From the NCBI GenBank assembly GCA_021773655.1, contig JAJFJX010000441.1:1-32089 (forward strand): 32,089 bases of DNA, in the 5' to 3' direction. Of this stretch, positions 10,363-20,646 are shown piece after piece. The position numbers and the translations under genes were made by a program. The stretch comes from Panacagrimonas sp. Lineage in GTDB: Bacteria; Pseudomonadota; Gammaproteobacteria; Nevskiales; Nevskiaceae. Every line of letters starts with the position of its first letter. Position 1 is the stretch's first letter. The notes under the pieces are model-generated. The model saw nothing but the letters and a program-made list of their open reading frames with translations, did not search any database and was not told where the DNA came from.

Positions 10363-10467
10363 GTGGGGGGGGTGGGGTCGGCAAGGTTCCAGCTCGCAAG
10401 GTGCCGCGCACCGCCTCACGGCGTCAAACCTGCGGCGCCGGTGTTCGCCGTCGGTCGCCCGGGCGAT

Positions 10468-10956
10468 TCAGCCCAGCAGCCAGCTCCAGACCGCCCACAG
10501 CACGGCCAGTGACACCGCGATGAAGCCGGCCGCCAGCATCATCGCCAGCACGGTCGATCCGCGCCGCGACACCTGCGCCTGTGCCTGTACCCGGTCGAGG
10601 TGTTCGATCAGCAGGTCTGCATTGCGGCGGTGGGCGCGGTAGGCGAAATCGAACAGATCACCGACCACCGGGATCACGCCCGCGGCAGCGTCCACCACCA
10701 GATTGCGCAGCATGCCGACGATCACCGGGCGCGGCGCGCCGAGGCGCACGCCCTGGTAGAGAATGCCGGCGCCGAGCAGCATGCCGGCAACGTCACCGAC
10801 GCCGGGAAACAGGCCGATCAGCGAATCCAGGCCGAAACGCCAGCGCGTACCGGGGATGCGCACCACGCCGTCGAGCAGCCAGGCCAGCTTTTCCATGCGC
10901 TGACGCGCCTGTTGCGTACGTTGCAGGTCTGGCGGAAGCGGTTTCGGGTCGGGCAT
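10468..10956 (-). CDS. DUF4112 domain membrane protein
   Basis: LAWLLDG..RIPGT.WRFGLDSLIGLFPGVGD...IPVVGDLFDF...RRNA signature. Confidence 0.9.
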   Translation of the reverse strand: MPDPKPLPPDLQRTQQARQRMEKLAWLLDGVVRIPGTRWRFGLDSLIGLFPGVGDVAGMLLGAGILYQGVRLGAPRPVIVGMLRNLVVDAAAGVIPVVGDLFDFAYRAHRRNADLLIEHLDRVQAQAQVSRRGSTVLAMMLAAGFIAVSLAVLWAVWSWLLG

Positions 10957-11037
10957 GAGGGTTTTTCTTTTACACTCGTGGCAACGCGCCTGCCACGAGC
11001 GCGGCCAAAAACGATCTCAGCGGAGAGTAGCCCACCG

Positions 11038-13539
11038 ATGCGTGCGTTGTATGCCGCTTTCTACTGGATGGCGTGGTGGCTGTTCCGGCCACTCAATGCG
11101 CTGATCAAGTACCGCATCACGCCACAGCCGACGGCCGCACACCTGGGTCTGGATCCGTCGCGCCCGGTGGTCTACGTGCTGCCGACGCGCTCCTGGGGCG
11201 ACCTGTTTGTGCTCGACCGACTGTGCCGTGACCTGAAACTGCCGCCGCCGCGGCGCACCGGCAACAGCTATCCGACACCGGAGCGCCCCGGGGTGCTGTA
11301 CTTGCCGGCGCTGCTGGAGACCCGGCTGCGTCCGACCGAACTCAGTGCGGTGGTCGACAGCGCCGCAGCGGATCCGGATTTCGACGCGCAGGTGGTGCCG
11401 GTGTCGGTGTTCTGGGGGCGCAACCCCGGGCAGGAAACCTCGTTGTGGAAGCTGCTGTTCGCCGACAGCGTGCAGGCCGGCATGGTTCGCAAGCTGTTCA
11501 TCATGCTGGCCAACGCCCGCTTCGTGTACGCCAGCTTCGCCGCCCCGATGAACTTTCGCGAGTTCATCACCCAGGAGCCGGTGCCGCCGGAGCAGGCGGT
11601 GCGCAAGCTCAGCCGCCTGCTGCACCTTTATTTCCTGCGTGCGCGCACCGCGGCGCTCGGTCCGCGCCTGCAGACGCGCAGCGTGGTGATCGAGCAATTG
11701 CTGGCCTCGCGCGGGGTTCAGGGGGCGATCGAGGCCGAGGCGCGCGAGTCGCGCATCACGCTCGACGAGGCCACGCGTCGCGCGCGCAAGTGTGCCGACG
11801 AGATCGCCGCCAATTATTCCTCGGTGACGGTGCGCATCCTCGAACAGGTCTTCAGCTACGTCTGGAACCGCATGTTCCGCGGCGTCGAGGTGCACGGCAT
11901 CGACCGCGTGCGAGCCTGGGCGCAGGACCACGAGATGATCTACCTGCCATCGCACCGCTCGCACGCCGATTACCTGCTGCTCAGCTACGTGCTCTATCAG
12001 GCCGGGCTGGCGCCGCCGCATATCGCCGCCGGGGTGAATCTCAATTTCTGGCCGGTCGGCGGCCTGCTGCGACGTGCCGGGGCGTTCTACATCCGCCGCA
12101 GCTTTTCCGGCGACCGGATCTACGCCGCGGTGTTTCGCGGCTACGTCGACGGCCTGATCGCTCGCGGCTACCCGATCAGCTTCTATCCCGAGGGCGGACG
12201 CAGCCGCACCGGGCGCCTGCTGGCACCCAAGACCGGCTTGCTGGGCATGGTGGCCGAGAGCGCGCTGCGCCAGACCACGCGCAAGGTCGCCCTGGTGCCG
12301 ATCTACGTCGGTTACGACAAGGTCTGGGAGCTGGGCAGCTACTTCAAGGAGCTGCGCGGCGCCAAGAAGCAGAAGGAAAGCGCCGGCGAGCTGCTCAAGG
12401 CCGGCAAGCTGCTGACCAAGAGTTTCGGCAAGGTCCACATCAGTTTCGGCGAGCCGCTGCACCTGCAGATGTATGCCGACAAGCATCAGAACGGCTGGCG
12501 CGAAGCGCTGCGGTCCTCGCCGGAGCGCACGCCGCCGCAGTTCAAGTCCTTCGTGCAGCGTCTGGCGCTGGCCAATCACCGGCGCATCAATGCCGCGGCG
12601 GTGGTCAGCCCGGTGGGCATCACGGCGGTGGCGCTGCTGGCCAGCCCGCAACGCGTGGTTTCGGAGGCCGAACTGATGGAACAGATCGGCCACCTCGTGT
12701 GGCTGCTCAAGGGCCGGCCCTACAGCGACACCTTCGTGATCTCGCAGGCCGCGCCGCGTGCGGTGGTCGAGTGGGCGCTGCCGATCGCGCGCATTGCGCG
12801 CATTCCGCATCCCTGGGGCGATCTGCTGGCGCTGGCGGACCGCGACGCCGTGCTGCTGACCTATGCGCGCAACAATCTGCAGCACCTGTTTGCCCTGCCC
12901 AGCCTGATCGCGAACTTCTTCCGCACCCGCTCGACGATGGAGCAGAGCGCGGTGCTGGACGGGTGCCGCTGGCTCTATCCGTTCCTGCGCACCGAGTTCT
13001 TCGTGCGCTGGGAGCCGGAAGAGGCCGAGGAAGTGACGCGCCAGACCCTGGACGTGATGTGCCAGCTTGGCCTGCTCAGCCGCAGCGACGACGTGCTGCT
13101 GCGTCCGGACGTCACCTCGCCGGCGTTTTCCTCTCTGTCGATGTTGGCGCGAGTCATGGGCGAGACCCTGGAACGCTACTGCATGACGACCTGGCTGCTG
13201 GCCTTCGAGTACCGCGAGCAGGGCAGCCTGGCGCGCGGCCGCTTCGAGGAGGACTGTCGCATGCTGGCCGAGCGCATGGCGGTGCTGACCGGGCGCGATT
13301 CGCCCGAGTTCTTCGACAAGGCGCTGTTCAAGGGTTATCTGGACACGCTGATCGACGCCGGCCTGGTGCGCGTGGGCGACGAAAAGCACCTGATCGTGGA
13401 CCCGAAACTGCAACAGATCGCCGAGCACTCGCTGGAATTGCTGTCCGACGAGTCGCGCCAGACCCTGCTGCAACTGATTTCCCGGCGCCCTGGCGCCGTG
13501 CCCGAGGCGCCCCGGGCCGAAGTGGAGGCTCCGGTATAA
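11038..13539 (+). CDS. plsB: Glycerol-3-phosphate 1-O-acyltransferase PlsB
   Basis: HRSHADY (HxxxxD), GAFYIRRSF, FYPEGGRSRTG, VPVSVFWGR and PEFFDK. About 830 aa from ATG 11038. Confidence 0.95.
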   Translation: MRALYAAFYWMAWWLFRPLNALIKYRITPQPTAAHLGLDPSRPVVYVLPTRSWGDLFVLDRLCRDLKLPPPRRTGNSYPTPERPGVLYLPALLETRLRPTELSAVVDSAAADPDFDAQVVPVSVFWGRNPGQETSLWKLLFADSVQAGMVRKLFIMLANARFVYASFAAPMNFREFITQEPVPPEQAVRKLSRLLHLYFLRARTAALGPRLQTRSVVIEQLLASRGVQGAIEAEARESRITLDEATRRARKCADEIAANYSSVTVRILEQVFSYVWNRMFRGVEVHGIDRVRAWAQDHEMIYLPSHRSHADYLLLSYVLYQAGLAPPHIAAGVNLNFWPVGGLLRRAGAFYIRRSFSGDRIYAAVFRGYVDGLIARGYPISFYPEGGRSRTGRLLAPKTGLLGMVAESALRQTTRKVALVPIYVGYDKVWELGSYFKELRGAKKQKESAGELLKAGKLLTKSFGKVHISFGEPLHLQMYADKHQNGWREALRSSPERTPPQFKSFVQRLALANHRRINAAAVVSPVGITAVALLASPQRVVSEAELMEQIGHLVWLLKGRPYSDTFVISQAAPRAVVEWALPIARIARIPHPWGDLLALADRDAVLLTYARNNLQHLFALPSLIANFFRTRSTMEQSAVLDGCRWLYPFLRTEFFVRWEPEEAEEVTRQTLDVMCQLGLLSRSDDVLLRPDVTSPAFSSLSMLARVMGETLERYCMTTWLLAFEYREQGSLARGRFEEDCRMLAERMAVLTGRDSPEFFDKALFKGYLDTLIDAGLVRVGDEKHLIVDPKLQQIAEHSLELLSDESRQTLLQLISRRPGAVPEAPRAEVEAPV

Positions 13540-13540
13540 T
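13535..13540 (+). promoter_or_regulatory. Possible -10 box for the FKBP gene overlapping the plsB stop
   Basis: Perfect TATAAT that includes the plsB TAA stop, 56 bp before the FKBP ATG. No good -35 seen. Confidence 0.35.
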
Positions 13541-13596
13541 CTGCCGTTTGCCAAACTCCCGGTCGGCGCCGCCGACTGTCCAACCAGGACGTGACC

Positions 13597-14328
13597 ATGC
13601 TCCAGAAATACCGCCTGCTGGCCCTCTGCGCCGGCGCCAGCCTGTTGTTTGCCTGCGCCAAGCCTGACGAAGCGCCCTCTGCGCCGGCGGAACTGACCAC
13701 CGATGCGCAGAAGTTCGGTTATGCCATCGGCGTGGACCTGGGCAACTCGCTCGAACCAGTGGTGGCGCATGTCGATGTCGCCGCGCTCAAGCAGGGCCTG
13801 GACGACGTCAGTTCCGGGGCCGAGATCCGGCTCGACGAAACGGCGCGCGAACAGATCAAGAACGCGGTGTCGCAGAAGATGCAGGAAGAGCAGATCCGCA
13901 AGCGCGATGCCGCCGCCGCCACCGGTGCTGCCGAAGGCAAGAAGTTCCTGGCCGAAAACTCCACCAGGGAAGGCGTCGAGACCACCGAAAGCGGCCTGCA
14001 GTACGAAGTCATCACCGAAGGCGACGGCCCTTCGCCGGACGCCAGCGACGAGGTCACCGTGCACTATGTCGGCAAGCTGATCAACGGCGAGGAGTTCGAC
14101 AGCTCCATTGCCCGCGGTCAGCCGGTGACCTTCCCGCTGAACAACGTGATTCCCGGCTGGACCGAGGGTGTGCAGTTGATGAAGACCGGCGGCAAGTATC
14201 GGTTCTTCATTCCCTCCGAGCTGGCTTATGGGGATCGCGGCGCGGGCGCCAAGATCGGTCCCAACCAGACCCTGATCTTCGAGGTCGAGCTGCTGGGCAT
14301 CAACAAGGCAGAGGCGGGCGCCGAATAA
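13597..14328 (+). CDS. FKBP-type peptidyl-prolyl cis-trans isomerase (FkpA/Mip-like), probable lipoprotein
   Basis: Lipobox LLFAC, N-domain [38 protein letters not shown] and [13 protein letters not shown] lies 7 nt before ATG 13597. Confidence 0.93.
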   Translation: MLQKYRLLALCAGASLLFACAKPDEAPSAPAELTTDAQKFGYAIGVDLGNSLEPVVAHVDVAALKQGLDDVSSGAEIRLDETAREQIKNAVSQKMQEEQIRKRDAAAATGAAEGKKFLAENSTREGVETTESGLQYEVITEGDGPSPDASDEVTVHYVGKLINGEEFDSSIARGQPVTFPLNNVIPGWTEGVQLMKTGGKYRFFIPSELAYGDRGAGAKIGPNQTLIFEVELLGINKAEAGAE

Positions 14329-14344
14329 GGCGCGGTGACATCAA

Positions 14345-14377
14345 CGGCGGCGGCCCCGAGTATTGTGGCCGCCGCCG
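14345..14377. terminator. Hairpin between convergent FKBP and hemY genes
   Basis: Perfect 11-bp stem CGGCGGCGGCC / GGCCGCCGCCG with an 11-nt loop. No clear U-tract. Confidence 0.5.
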
Positions 14378-14386
14378 GATCGTCGC

Positions 14387-15571
14387 TCAGCGCGCCGCAA
14401 GCTCCAGGCCCTGACGCAGCAGGCGTGTGGCTTCGTCGGTGTTCTGTGTCTGCTCGGCCAGCCGCGCCAGTTCCAGATAGGCCAGCGGACTCGGCTGCTG
14501 GCGGATCACTGCCTCCAGATAGCTGCGCGCCTTGCCCCACAACTGGTTCGCACGACAGGCGCGCCCGGCGGTGACCAGCAGCTCGGGCCGCTCGCCATAT
14601 TGCGTCAGCCACTGCTCGATGGTGGCCAGCTGGCCGAGCGGGTCGGTGGTTTGCAGGGCCCCGTAGATCTCGACCAGCTCGGCATCCCAGTTGCGCGCCA
14701 GGGTGGTGGTGATCAGGGCGCCGGCTTCGGCGTGGGCATTGAGCGCGAGCAGGCCGCGCACATAGGTCCGGCGCAGGTCGGCGTCCTGGCGCAGGGGCGC
14801 GGCAGCGCGCTGCCACAACGACTTGAGCGTATCCAGATGCGCCTGTGCGATGGCCTCCAGCATGCGGTGGCGAAGGGCCATCGCCAGCAGTGTGCTGCGG
14901 CGTTCCAGATCCGGATGCGACAGTTTCTCGGTTGCCGAGAGCAGCCCGTGCAGTTCCGCCCACTGGCCCAGTGCGGCGTGACACTCGGCCAGCAGGTGCA
15001 CGACGTAGGCGTGTTGGGGATTGGCCTGGCGCAGCTCGATCAGGGTGTCGTGCGCGCCCCGGTGATCACCGCGCTCGATCTGCAGTTCGGCGCGTGCCAG
15101 CTGCGAGGCCAGCACCTGCGTGGGAGACTGATCCGCCGCCAGTTGCAGATAGCGGTCGCTGCGGTCGCTGGCGCCCAGACGCTGCGCCGCCCGCGCCGCA
15201 GCCAGATAGTTCAGGTGCGGGGCGCCATGGTCGGCGGCCCTCCGCACCAGTTCGATCTCTGCGCGTTTCCACTGTCCCTCCTGCAGGTGCAGCAGGCCGC
15301 TTTCGAATCCGAGACGGGCGCGATCACTGCGCCGTCGGGCGTGGATCCGCAACAGCGTCGCGGGCAGGCGCACAACGCCGAGAATCGCGCGCAGGGTGTA
15401 GAGCGTCAGTGGCAGGCCGAGCATTACCGCGGCGGCCAGGGCCAGTACCGAGGTTTCCACGGTCCAGCCGTGCAGGTGCATCAGCACGTAGCCGCTGTCC
15501 GCGCGCAGGAAGTAGGCCAGCGCTGCGCCGGCTGCCAGGGCGAGCACGATGATCAGCCAGGTGCGGATCAC
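14387..15571 (-). CDS. hemY: HemY-domain TPR membrane protein (heme biosynthesis associated)
   Basis: DSGYVL..GWTVETS, EGQWKRAE, LNYLAAARAA and LWGKARSYLE. GTG start overlaps the hemX stop; position in hemCDXY. Confidence 0.9.
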   Translation of the reverse strand: MIRTWLIIVLALAAGAALAYFLRADSGYVLMHLHGWTVETSVLALAAAVMLGLPLTLYTLRAILGVVRLPATLLRIHARRRSDRARLGFESGLLHLQEGQWKRAEIELVRRAADHGAPHLNYLAAARAAQRLGASDRSDRYLQLAADQSPTQVLASQLARAELQIERGDHRGAHDTLIELRQANPQHAYVVHLLAECHAALGQWAELHGLLSATEKLSHPDLERRSTLLAMALRHRMLEAIAQAHLDTLKSLWQRAAAPLRQDADLRRTYVRGLLALNAHAEAGALITTTLARNWDAELVEIYGALQTTDPLGQLATIEQWLTQYGERPELLVTAGRACRANQLWGKARSYLEAVIRQQPSPLAYLELARLAEQTQNTDEATRLLRQGLELAAR

Positions 15572-16896
15572 GGCGTTGCGTCGCCGCGGGTGTTGTCGCT
15601 GTTGCGGTCCAGACGCGCCCGCAACGCGTCGAGACTGCCGCTGATGTCGGGCAGCGGCGGCGCCAGTTCCAGACCCTGCAGGCGTTGCAGGTCCTCGCGT
15701 GCGGCTCGCACGCCGGAATCGTCGGTCTTGAACTCGGTGTCCAGCCACTGCGCAGCAGAGGCCAGCGATTCGCGCATCGGCACCGTGCGACCGGCGAGCA
15801 GCGCGGCGCGCGCGCCTTCGAGCTTGAGCATCAGCACCTGGTAGACCATCACCTCGGCTTCGGGTGACAGCAGGCGCAGGGCGCGGGCGTCGTCATCGCG
15901 GCGGACCGTGAACAGTCTGCCGATGGCTTCGCGCACCGCGTCCAGCAGGCGTTGCCAGCCCGGCGCCTGCGCATCAGTGCCGTCCTCCACAGTCCGACGC
16001 GCAGCCGGCGAGGCGTATGCGGTGGGCGCATGGGCGCGCAGGGGCAGATGTTCGAGGCGATCGATCAGGCTGGACAGGCTCAGCGCCGCCGACGCGACGT
16101 CCGGCAGCGACACCGCACGTAACGCGGCGCGCTCTTGAGCCAAGGCCTGGCGGACACTGAACAATTGCGGGTCGGCCATCGCCGCCAGGCGCTGATCGGC
16201 GCTGTCCAGCGCCGCCAGCGCGCTGCGAACGTCGCGATGCAGCTGCAGGCGGTCGTTGGCCAGCAACAGCAGTTGCTCGACTGCGGCGCGCTCGAATCGG
16301 GCGCGACCGCCGGAGAGGTTTTCGTTGATTCGGCTGACCAGTTCCAGGCTGTCGTCGATTCGGGCCTGCAGGGCAGCCAGCTCGGTGCCCCTGCGATCAA
16401 CGCTGCGTGACAGGTCGGACTGGCGGGCCTGCATCGACTGCATCTGGCCTGACAGGCCCTGCACGTCCCCGCGCAGGCGCTCGATGGCCTGGTCCTGCTG
16501 AGCACGCTGAGCCTGAAGGTCCTGGTAGATCATCCAGCCCTGCCAGCCGGCAAGGCCCATGCCGGCCAGCACTGCGACCAGCAGCATGCCCAGCAGCATC
16601 TTCCAGATGCCGCCGGACGACGACGTAGTCGTTGTCGACGAGGAAAAAGACGGTTCAGACGACCCTGGCGATTCGGTCACCTTGGCGCTGGCGTGAAGGC
16701 GAGTATTGCCGCTTTCGCCTGCTGTCTCCGGTGCGGGCGTTTCCGGCGTCTCGGACGCCGCAGGCGGCGAGGTGCCCGCTTCGGCTCCGGCGGGCGAGGG
16801 CTCTCCGGATGATGGGGTGGGGTCGTCGGCCCGGCGGACGTCCGGGGGGCTGCCGGCGGCGGGATCGGGCGTCGGTTTGTCGGAAGTCTCGGTCAT
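15568..16896 (-). CDS. hemX: HemX family protein
   Basis: Low-complexity N-terminus, single TM, coiled coil, EQLLLLANDRLQL, AL..ADQRL and C-terminal LPDISGSL. Lies between hemD and hemY. Confidence 0.88.
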   Translation of the reverse strand: MTETSDKPTPDPAAGSPPDVRRADDPTPSSGEPSPAGAEAGTSPPAASETPETPAPETAGESGNTRLHASAKVTESPGSSEPSFSSSTTTTSSSGGIWKMLLGMLLVAVLAGMGLAGWQGWMIYQDLQAQRAQQDQAIERLRGDVQGLSGQMQSMQARQSDLSRSVDRRGTELAALQARIDDSLELVSRINENLSGGRARFERAAVEQLLLLANDRLQLHRDVRSALAALDSADQRLAAMADPQLFSVRQALAQERAALRAVSLPDVASAALSLSSLIDRLEHLPLRAHAPTAYASPAARRTVEDGTDAQAPGWQRLLDAVREAIGRLFTVRRDDDARALRLLSPEAEVMVYQVLMLKLEGARAALLAGRTVPMRESLASAAQWLDTEFKTDDSGVRAAREDLQRLQGLELAPPLPDISGSLDALRARLDRNSDNTRGDATP

Positions 16897-16900
16897 GGGC

Positions 16901-17668
16901 TCATTCGGGCGGGTTTCTGGGCGACCCTTGCACTGGCCGGATCAGGCATTCGATCCAGGCGGCATCGTCGAGCCGCCGCGGGACACGGACTTCGGCAAAG
17001 CCCAGACTCGCGCCGAGTTCTAACACACGCGCGCTCGGCACGACCAGCACGCGCGCCAGCAGGACCGTACGCAACGGCGGCGGCACCAGGCGATACAGCG
17101 TGTGCAGGCCTTCGGCACTGGTACAGATCACGGTATCGGCAGTCTGGATCGCGGATGCCGCCGAGGCCGGTGGCGGATGCAGTTCCACGCGATGGTAGAG
17201 ATCCAGGCGCTCGACCTGTGCGCCGCGTGCCAGCAGCTGCTCCTGCAGCAGGGTGCGCCCGCCCCGTCCGGTGCACAGCAGCAGCGATTGTCCTGACAGT
17301 TGAGCCCAATGCGGATGCTGCAGCAGGTCCTCACTGGTGTGCCCGCGCGCAGGCAGGTGGACCTCGCCGCGCTGCAACGCGCGTAGTGCCGCGGCGGTGG
17401 CCGGTCCGATGGCGTATTGCGCTGGCCAGGGGCCGGGGTCGAGGCCGGCTGCGGCGTCGACCGCGTTCACGCTGGTGAAGATCCAGCCCAGGTCGTGCCG
17501 ATGTGCGCGCAGCGCCGCTGCGTGTCGCGCCGGGTCGCCGGCCGTTTCGACCGTCTGCAGCGGCAGTTCGATCACCTCGCCGCCACAGGCGACGATGGCA
17601 TCGGACAGGCTGCGCCCGCGGCCGGCGGGGCGGGTAAGCAGGATGTGGCGGCCACGGAGCGTGTTCAT
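16901..17668 (-). CDS. hemD: Uroporphyrinogen-III synthase
   Basis: ILLTRP, IFTSVNAV, AIGPATA, SEDLL, GRGGR, LYHR and TSAE. Follows hemC. Confidence 0.93.
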   Translation of the reverse strand: MNTLRGRHILLTRPAGRGRSLSDAIVACGGEVIELPLQTVETAGDPARHAAALRAHRHDLGWIFTSVNAVDAAAGLDPGPWPAQYAIGPATAAALRALQRGEVHLPARGHTSEDLLQHPHWAQLSGQSLLLCTGRGGRTLLQEQLLARGAQVERLDLYHRVELHPPPASAASAIQTADTVICTSAEGLHTLYRLVPPPLRTVLLARVLVVPSARVLELGASLGFAEVRVPRRLDDAAWIECLIRPVQGSPRNPPE

Positions 17669-17742
17669 CAATCCTGAATCGTGCAGGTGCGCTCCGACGG
17701 AACCCGGTCTGCCCCGACTGCCGACGAGCGCATCACTGGCGT

Positions 17743-18666
17743 TCAGGCGACGATGCCGAGCTCGGCGAGGATCTCGCGCCCACCCCGGTCCAGCAGTTGC
17801 TGCGCAAGCTGGACACCGAGCTCGGCCGCCGCCTGGCAGGGGCCCTCCAGGTGGTCGCGGACCACGCGCCGGCCGTCGGGCGAACCGACCATGGCTTCGA
17901 GGCGCAGGCGGCCCTCCGACAGGACGGCATGGCCCGCCACCGGCACACTGCAGGCGCCGCCCAGGCGTGCGTTGAGGGCGCGCTCGGCCGCCAGGCGGGT
18001 GCGCGCGCCGGCGTGGTCCAGCGGCGCCAGCATCTGGCGGGTTGCGACGTCGTCGGTGCGGGTCTCGATGCCGATCACGCCCTGGCCGATGGCCGGAATG
18101 AATCTCTGCACGTCCAGAGCCTCGCGGATGCGCGCACCCAGGCCCAGACGCTGCAGCCCGGCGCAGGCCAGCAGGATGGCGTCGAAGCGGCCCTCGTCGA
18201 GCCGGCGCAGGCGGGTGCCGACATTGCCGCGCAACAATTCAATCTGCAGGTCCGGGCGCTGCGCCGCCAGCAGCGATTGCCGACGCAGGCTGGAGGTGCC
18301 GACGCGGGCCCGCGGCGGCAGGGCGATCAGCGTGGCGTGCGTGTTCGAGACCAGGGCGTCGCGTGGATCCTCCGGTGGCAGGAAACAGCACAGCGACAGG
18401 CCCGGCGGCTGCTGCGCCGGCACGTCCTTCATCGAGTGCACCGCCAGGTCTGCGCGATCCTCCAGCAGGGCCTGCTCCAGCTCCTTGACGAACAGGCCCT
18501 TGCCGCCAGCGCTGGACAGGGTGGTTGACTGGATCTGGTCGCCGCGCGTGGTCATCGCCACCAGCTCGACCACCACCTCGGGGTGGGCGGCGACCAGCCT
18601 TTCGCGGACGTGTTCGGCCTGCCACAAGGCCAGTGGCGACTCCCGGGTCGCGATCCTCAGCCGCAT
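17743..18666 (-). CDS. hemC: Hydroxymethylbilane synthase (porphobilinogen deaminase)
   Basis: IATRESPLALWQ, GGKGLFVKELE, DLAVHSMKD, GTSSLRR, LRGNVGTRL and the cofactor Cys in LGGACSVP. Confidence 0.97.
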   Translation of the reverse strand: MRLRIATRESPLALWQAEHVRERLVAAHPEVVVELVAMTTRGDQIQSTTLSSAGGKGLFVKELEQALLEDRADLAVHSMKDVPAQQPPGLSLCCFLPPEDPRDALVSNTHATLIALPPRARVGTSSLRRQSLLAAQRPDLQIELLRGNVGTRLRRLDEGRFDAILLACAGLQRLGLGARIREALDVQRFIPAIGQGVIGIETRTDDVATRQMLAPLDHAGARTRLAAERALNARLGGACSVPVAGHAVLSEGRLRLEAMVGSPDGRRVVRDHLEGPCQAAAELGVQLAQQLLDRGGREILAELGIVA

Positions 18667-18734
18667 GCGGCGCAGGGGCGGGCGGGCGGCGCGGGCTCGG
18701 CCTTGATGAAGCGTTGCGCCGGCACCCTCACGCT

Positions 18735-19481
18735 TCAGGAGCCCTCGGTCAGAAAGCGGCGCACCTCGGCCAGCCGCCGCCGTGACACCGGCAGCGGGCT
18801 GCTGGCGTGCTTCATGGTCAGCCAGTGCAGTTGCTCGCCACTGCGGTCACGCTCCAGGCCGGCGATGAAGCGCGTGGCCACCAGCGCCTTGCGGTGCACG
18901 CGCAGGAACCACGGCGCGAAGTCCTCTTCCAGGGTCTTGAGGGATTCCTCGATCAGCACCTCGCCGTGCAGGTGACAGACCGTGGTGTATTTCTGGTCGG
19001 CAAGGAAATACACGACTTCCTCTGCAGGCACGCGGATCAGGCCCTCGCGGGTGGTGGCCGTGACGAATTCGCGTCGCGGACGCGCGTCGCCGTCGTGGCC
19101 AGTGTTCTTGTTCTTCTGCGCGCGGGTCGGGCGGCGCGCGCTCTGCAGTGCCTCCTTGAGCTTTTCAAGGCGGATCGGCTTGAGCAGGTAGCCGGTGGCC
19201 TTGGCGTCGAAGGCCGACAGCGCGTGTTCGGAATAGGCAGTGGTGAAGATCACCGCCGGCGGCGGATCGTACTCGGCCAGGCTGCGCGCCACGTGCAGGC
19301 CGTCGACGCCGCCCATGCGGATGTCGAGCAGCACCAGATCGGGTTCCTCGTTGTCGATCAGGTCCAGGGCGGACTCGCCATCGGCGGCCTCGCCGACGAT
19401 CTCGTATCCGGGAAATTCCTGCAGCAGCCGCTTGAGGCGCTCGCGCGCCAGGGCCTCGTCGTCGACGATCACCACTCTCAT
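18735..19481 (-). CDS. algR: LytTR family response regulator, AlgR-like
   Basis: VDDEALARERL, LLDIRM, IFTTAY, YLLKP and LytTR domain (ADQKY, FLRVHR, VSRR). Synteny argH/fimS/algR/hemC. Start ATG 19481. Confidence 0.9.
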   Translation of the reverse strand: MRVVIVDDEALARERLKRLLQEFPGYEIVGEAADGESALDLIDNEEPDLVLLDIRMGGVDGLHVARSLAEYDPPPAVIFTTAYSEHALSAFDAKATGYLLKPIRLEKLKEALQSARRPTRAQKNKNTGHDGDARPRREFVTATTREGLIRVPAEEVVYFLADQKYTTVCHLHGEVLIEESLKTLEEDFAPWFLRVHRKALVATRFIAGLERDRSGEQLHWLTMKHASSPLPVSRRRLAEVRRFLTEGS

Positions 19482-19491
19482 GACCGATTCC

Positions 19492-20568
19492 TCATAGCGA
19501 CTCTCCTCCCAGCAGCAGGGACTTCTCGGGTATCGACAGCCGGGCGCGCCAGACGCCGTTGTCGGGGCCCATATCAAGCCGGGCGCGCTCACCGTAAATG
19601 AGGTTGAGGCGGCTCGCAATGTTGTCGATGGCGATCTGGTTGCCGCGACTGCCGGGGTCGTCGGCCGGCGGCATGGGATTTTCCACCTCGATGATCAGCA
19701 ACTTCTGCGCGGCGTAGATGTGAATGCCGATGGCGCCGCGATCCTTGAGTTTGGACACGCCGTGATAGACCGCGTTTTCCACCAGCGGCTGGATGATCAG
19801 CATCGGCACCGGCCAGTTGAGCAGCTTTTCGGACACGTCCCAGCGCACCTCGAGCTTCTCGCCCAGGCGCGCCTTTTCGATGCGCAGGTAGGCGTTGCAC
19901 ACGCCGATCTCGTCCACCAGCGGCGCCATGCGTCCGCGCTTTTCCATGCTGGCACGAAACACGTCGGCGAGGTCCTCGACCATCGTTTCGGCCTGCATCG
20001 GACGGATGCTGATCAGTGCCGCCAGGCTGTTCAGCGCGTTGAAAAAGAAATGCGGGCGGATGCGGGCATTGAGCGCCTGGTAGCGCGACTCGCCTTCGGC
20101 GCGCACCTGCTCCTGCCACTGGTGGCGGGTCCAGAAGTAGCGCAACAGCATCAGCGAGACGATGGCGGCGATGAGCGAGTGGCGCAGGATGAAATGCACG
20201 CGCGGTTCGGAGGCGTCCAGCATGCCGAAGTTGGGACTGGTGCCCAGATACCAGGCGATGTTGGACAGCACCATCACGATCAGGATCAGGGTGGTCCAGC
20301 AGGCCACGAAAACCAGGCCCGGTCGCGCCACCATGAACAGCCGCCGCAGGCCGCACAGCGCCGCGCCGCCACACAGGCCGATCCACTGCATGTACAGCGA
20401 CAGCAGGGCCAGCTTGCGCAGGAGCGCACCGCCGGGTTCGCCGCTGGCCAGGGTGAAGCAGATCGCCACCAGTTCCATCACCGCGGCCATGAACAGCAGC
20501 GCCGGCCCGGAGCAGAAGTCGGGAATCAGGCTGGGCGACGCGCTGTCGCGGGCTTCGATGCGCTTCAT
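19492..20568 (-). CDS. fimS: LytS-like sensor kinase AlgZ/FimS
   Basis: IPDFC N-terminus, four TM helices, [20 protein letters not shown] and [12 protein letters not shown]. Upstream of algR and divergent from argH. Start ATG 20568. Confidence 0.88.
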   Translation of the reverse strand: MKRIEARDSASPSLIPDFCSGPALLFMAAVMELVAICFTLASGEPGGALLRKLALLSLYMQWIGLCGGAALCGLRRLFMVARPGLVFVACWTTLILIVMVLSNIAWYLGTSPNFGMLDASEPRVHFILRHSLIAAIVSLMLLRYFWTRHQWQEQVRAEGESRYQALNARIRPHFFFNALNSLAALISIRPMQAETMVEDLADVFRASMEKRGRMAPLVDEIGVCNAYLRIEKARLGEKLEVRWDVSEKLLNWPVPMLIIQPLVENAVYHGVSKLKDRGAIGIHIYAAQKLLIIEVENPMPPADDPGSRGNQIAIDNIASRLNLIYGERARLDMGPDNGVWRARLSIPEKSLLLGGESL

Positions 20569-20646
20569 GAAGGGAGTCCAGGGGGGCGGGCAGGCCACAC
20601 GAAGCGGATAGAATGCCGGTCTTTTCAACCGGCTTTCAGACGCGTC

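Noticed and set aside
11017-14064. 1015-aa minus-strand ORF and other long antisense or alternate-frame ORFs (e.g. 2208-3533, 7451-8902, 11445-13667, 24874-26277, 28831-30483)
   Set aside because: These are shadow frames of real genes, expected at high GC, and have no recognisable motifs.
18735-20568. Alginate biosynthesis locus
   Set aside because: Only the regulatory pair is present, in its conserved housekeeping context. No biosynthetic alg genes are in the window.
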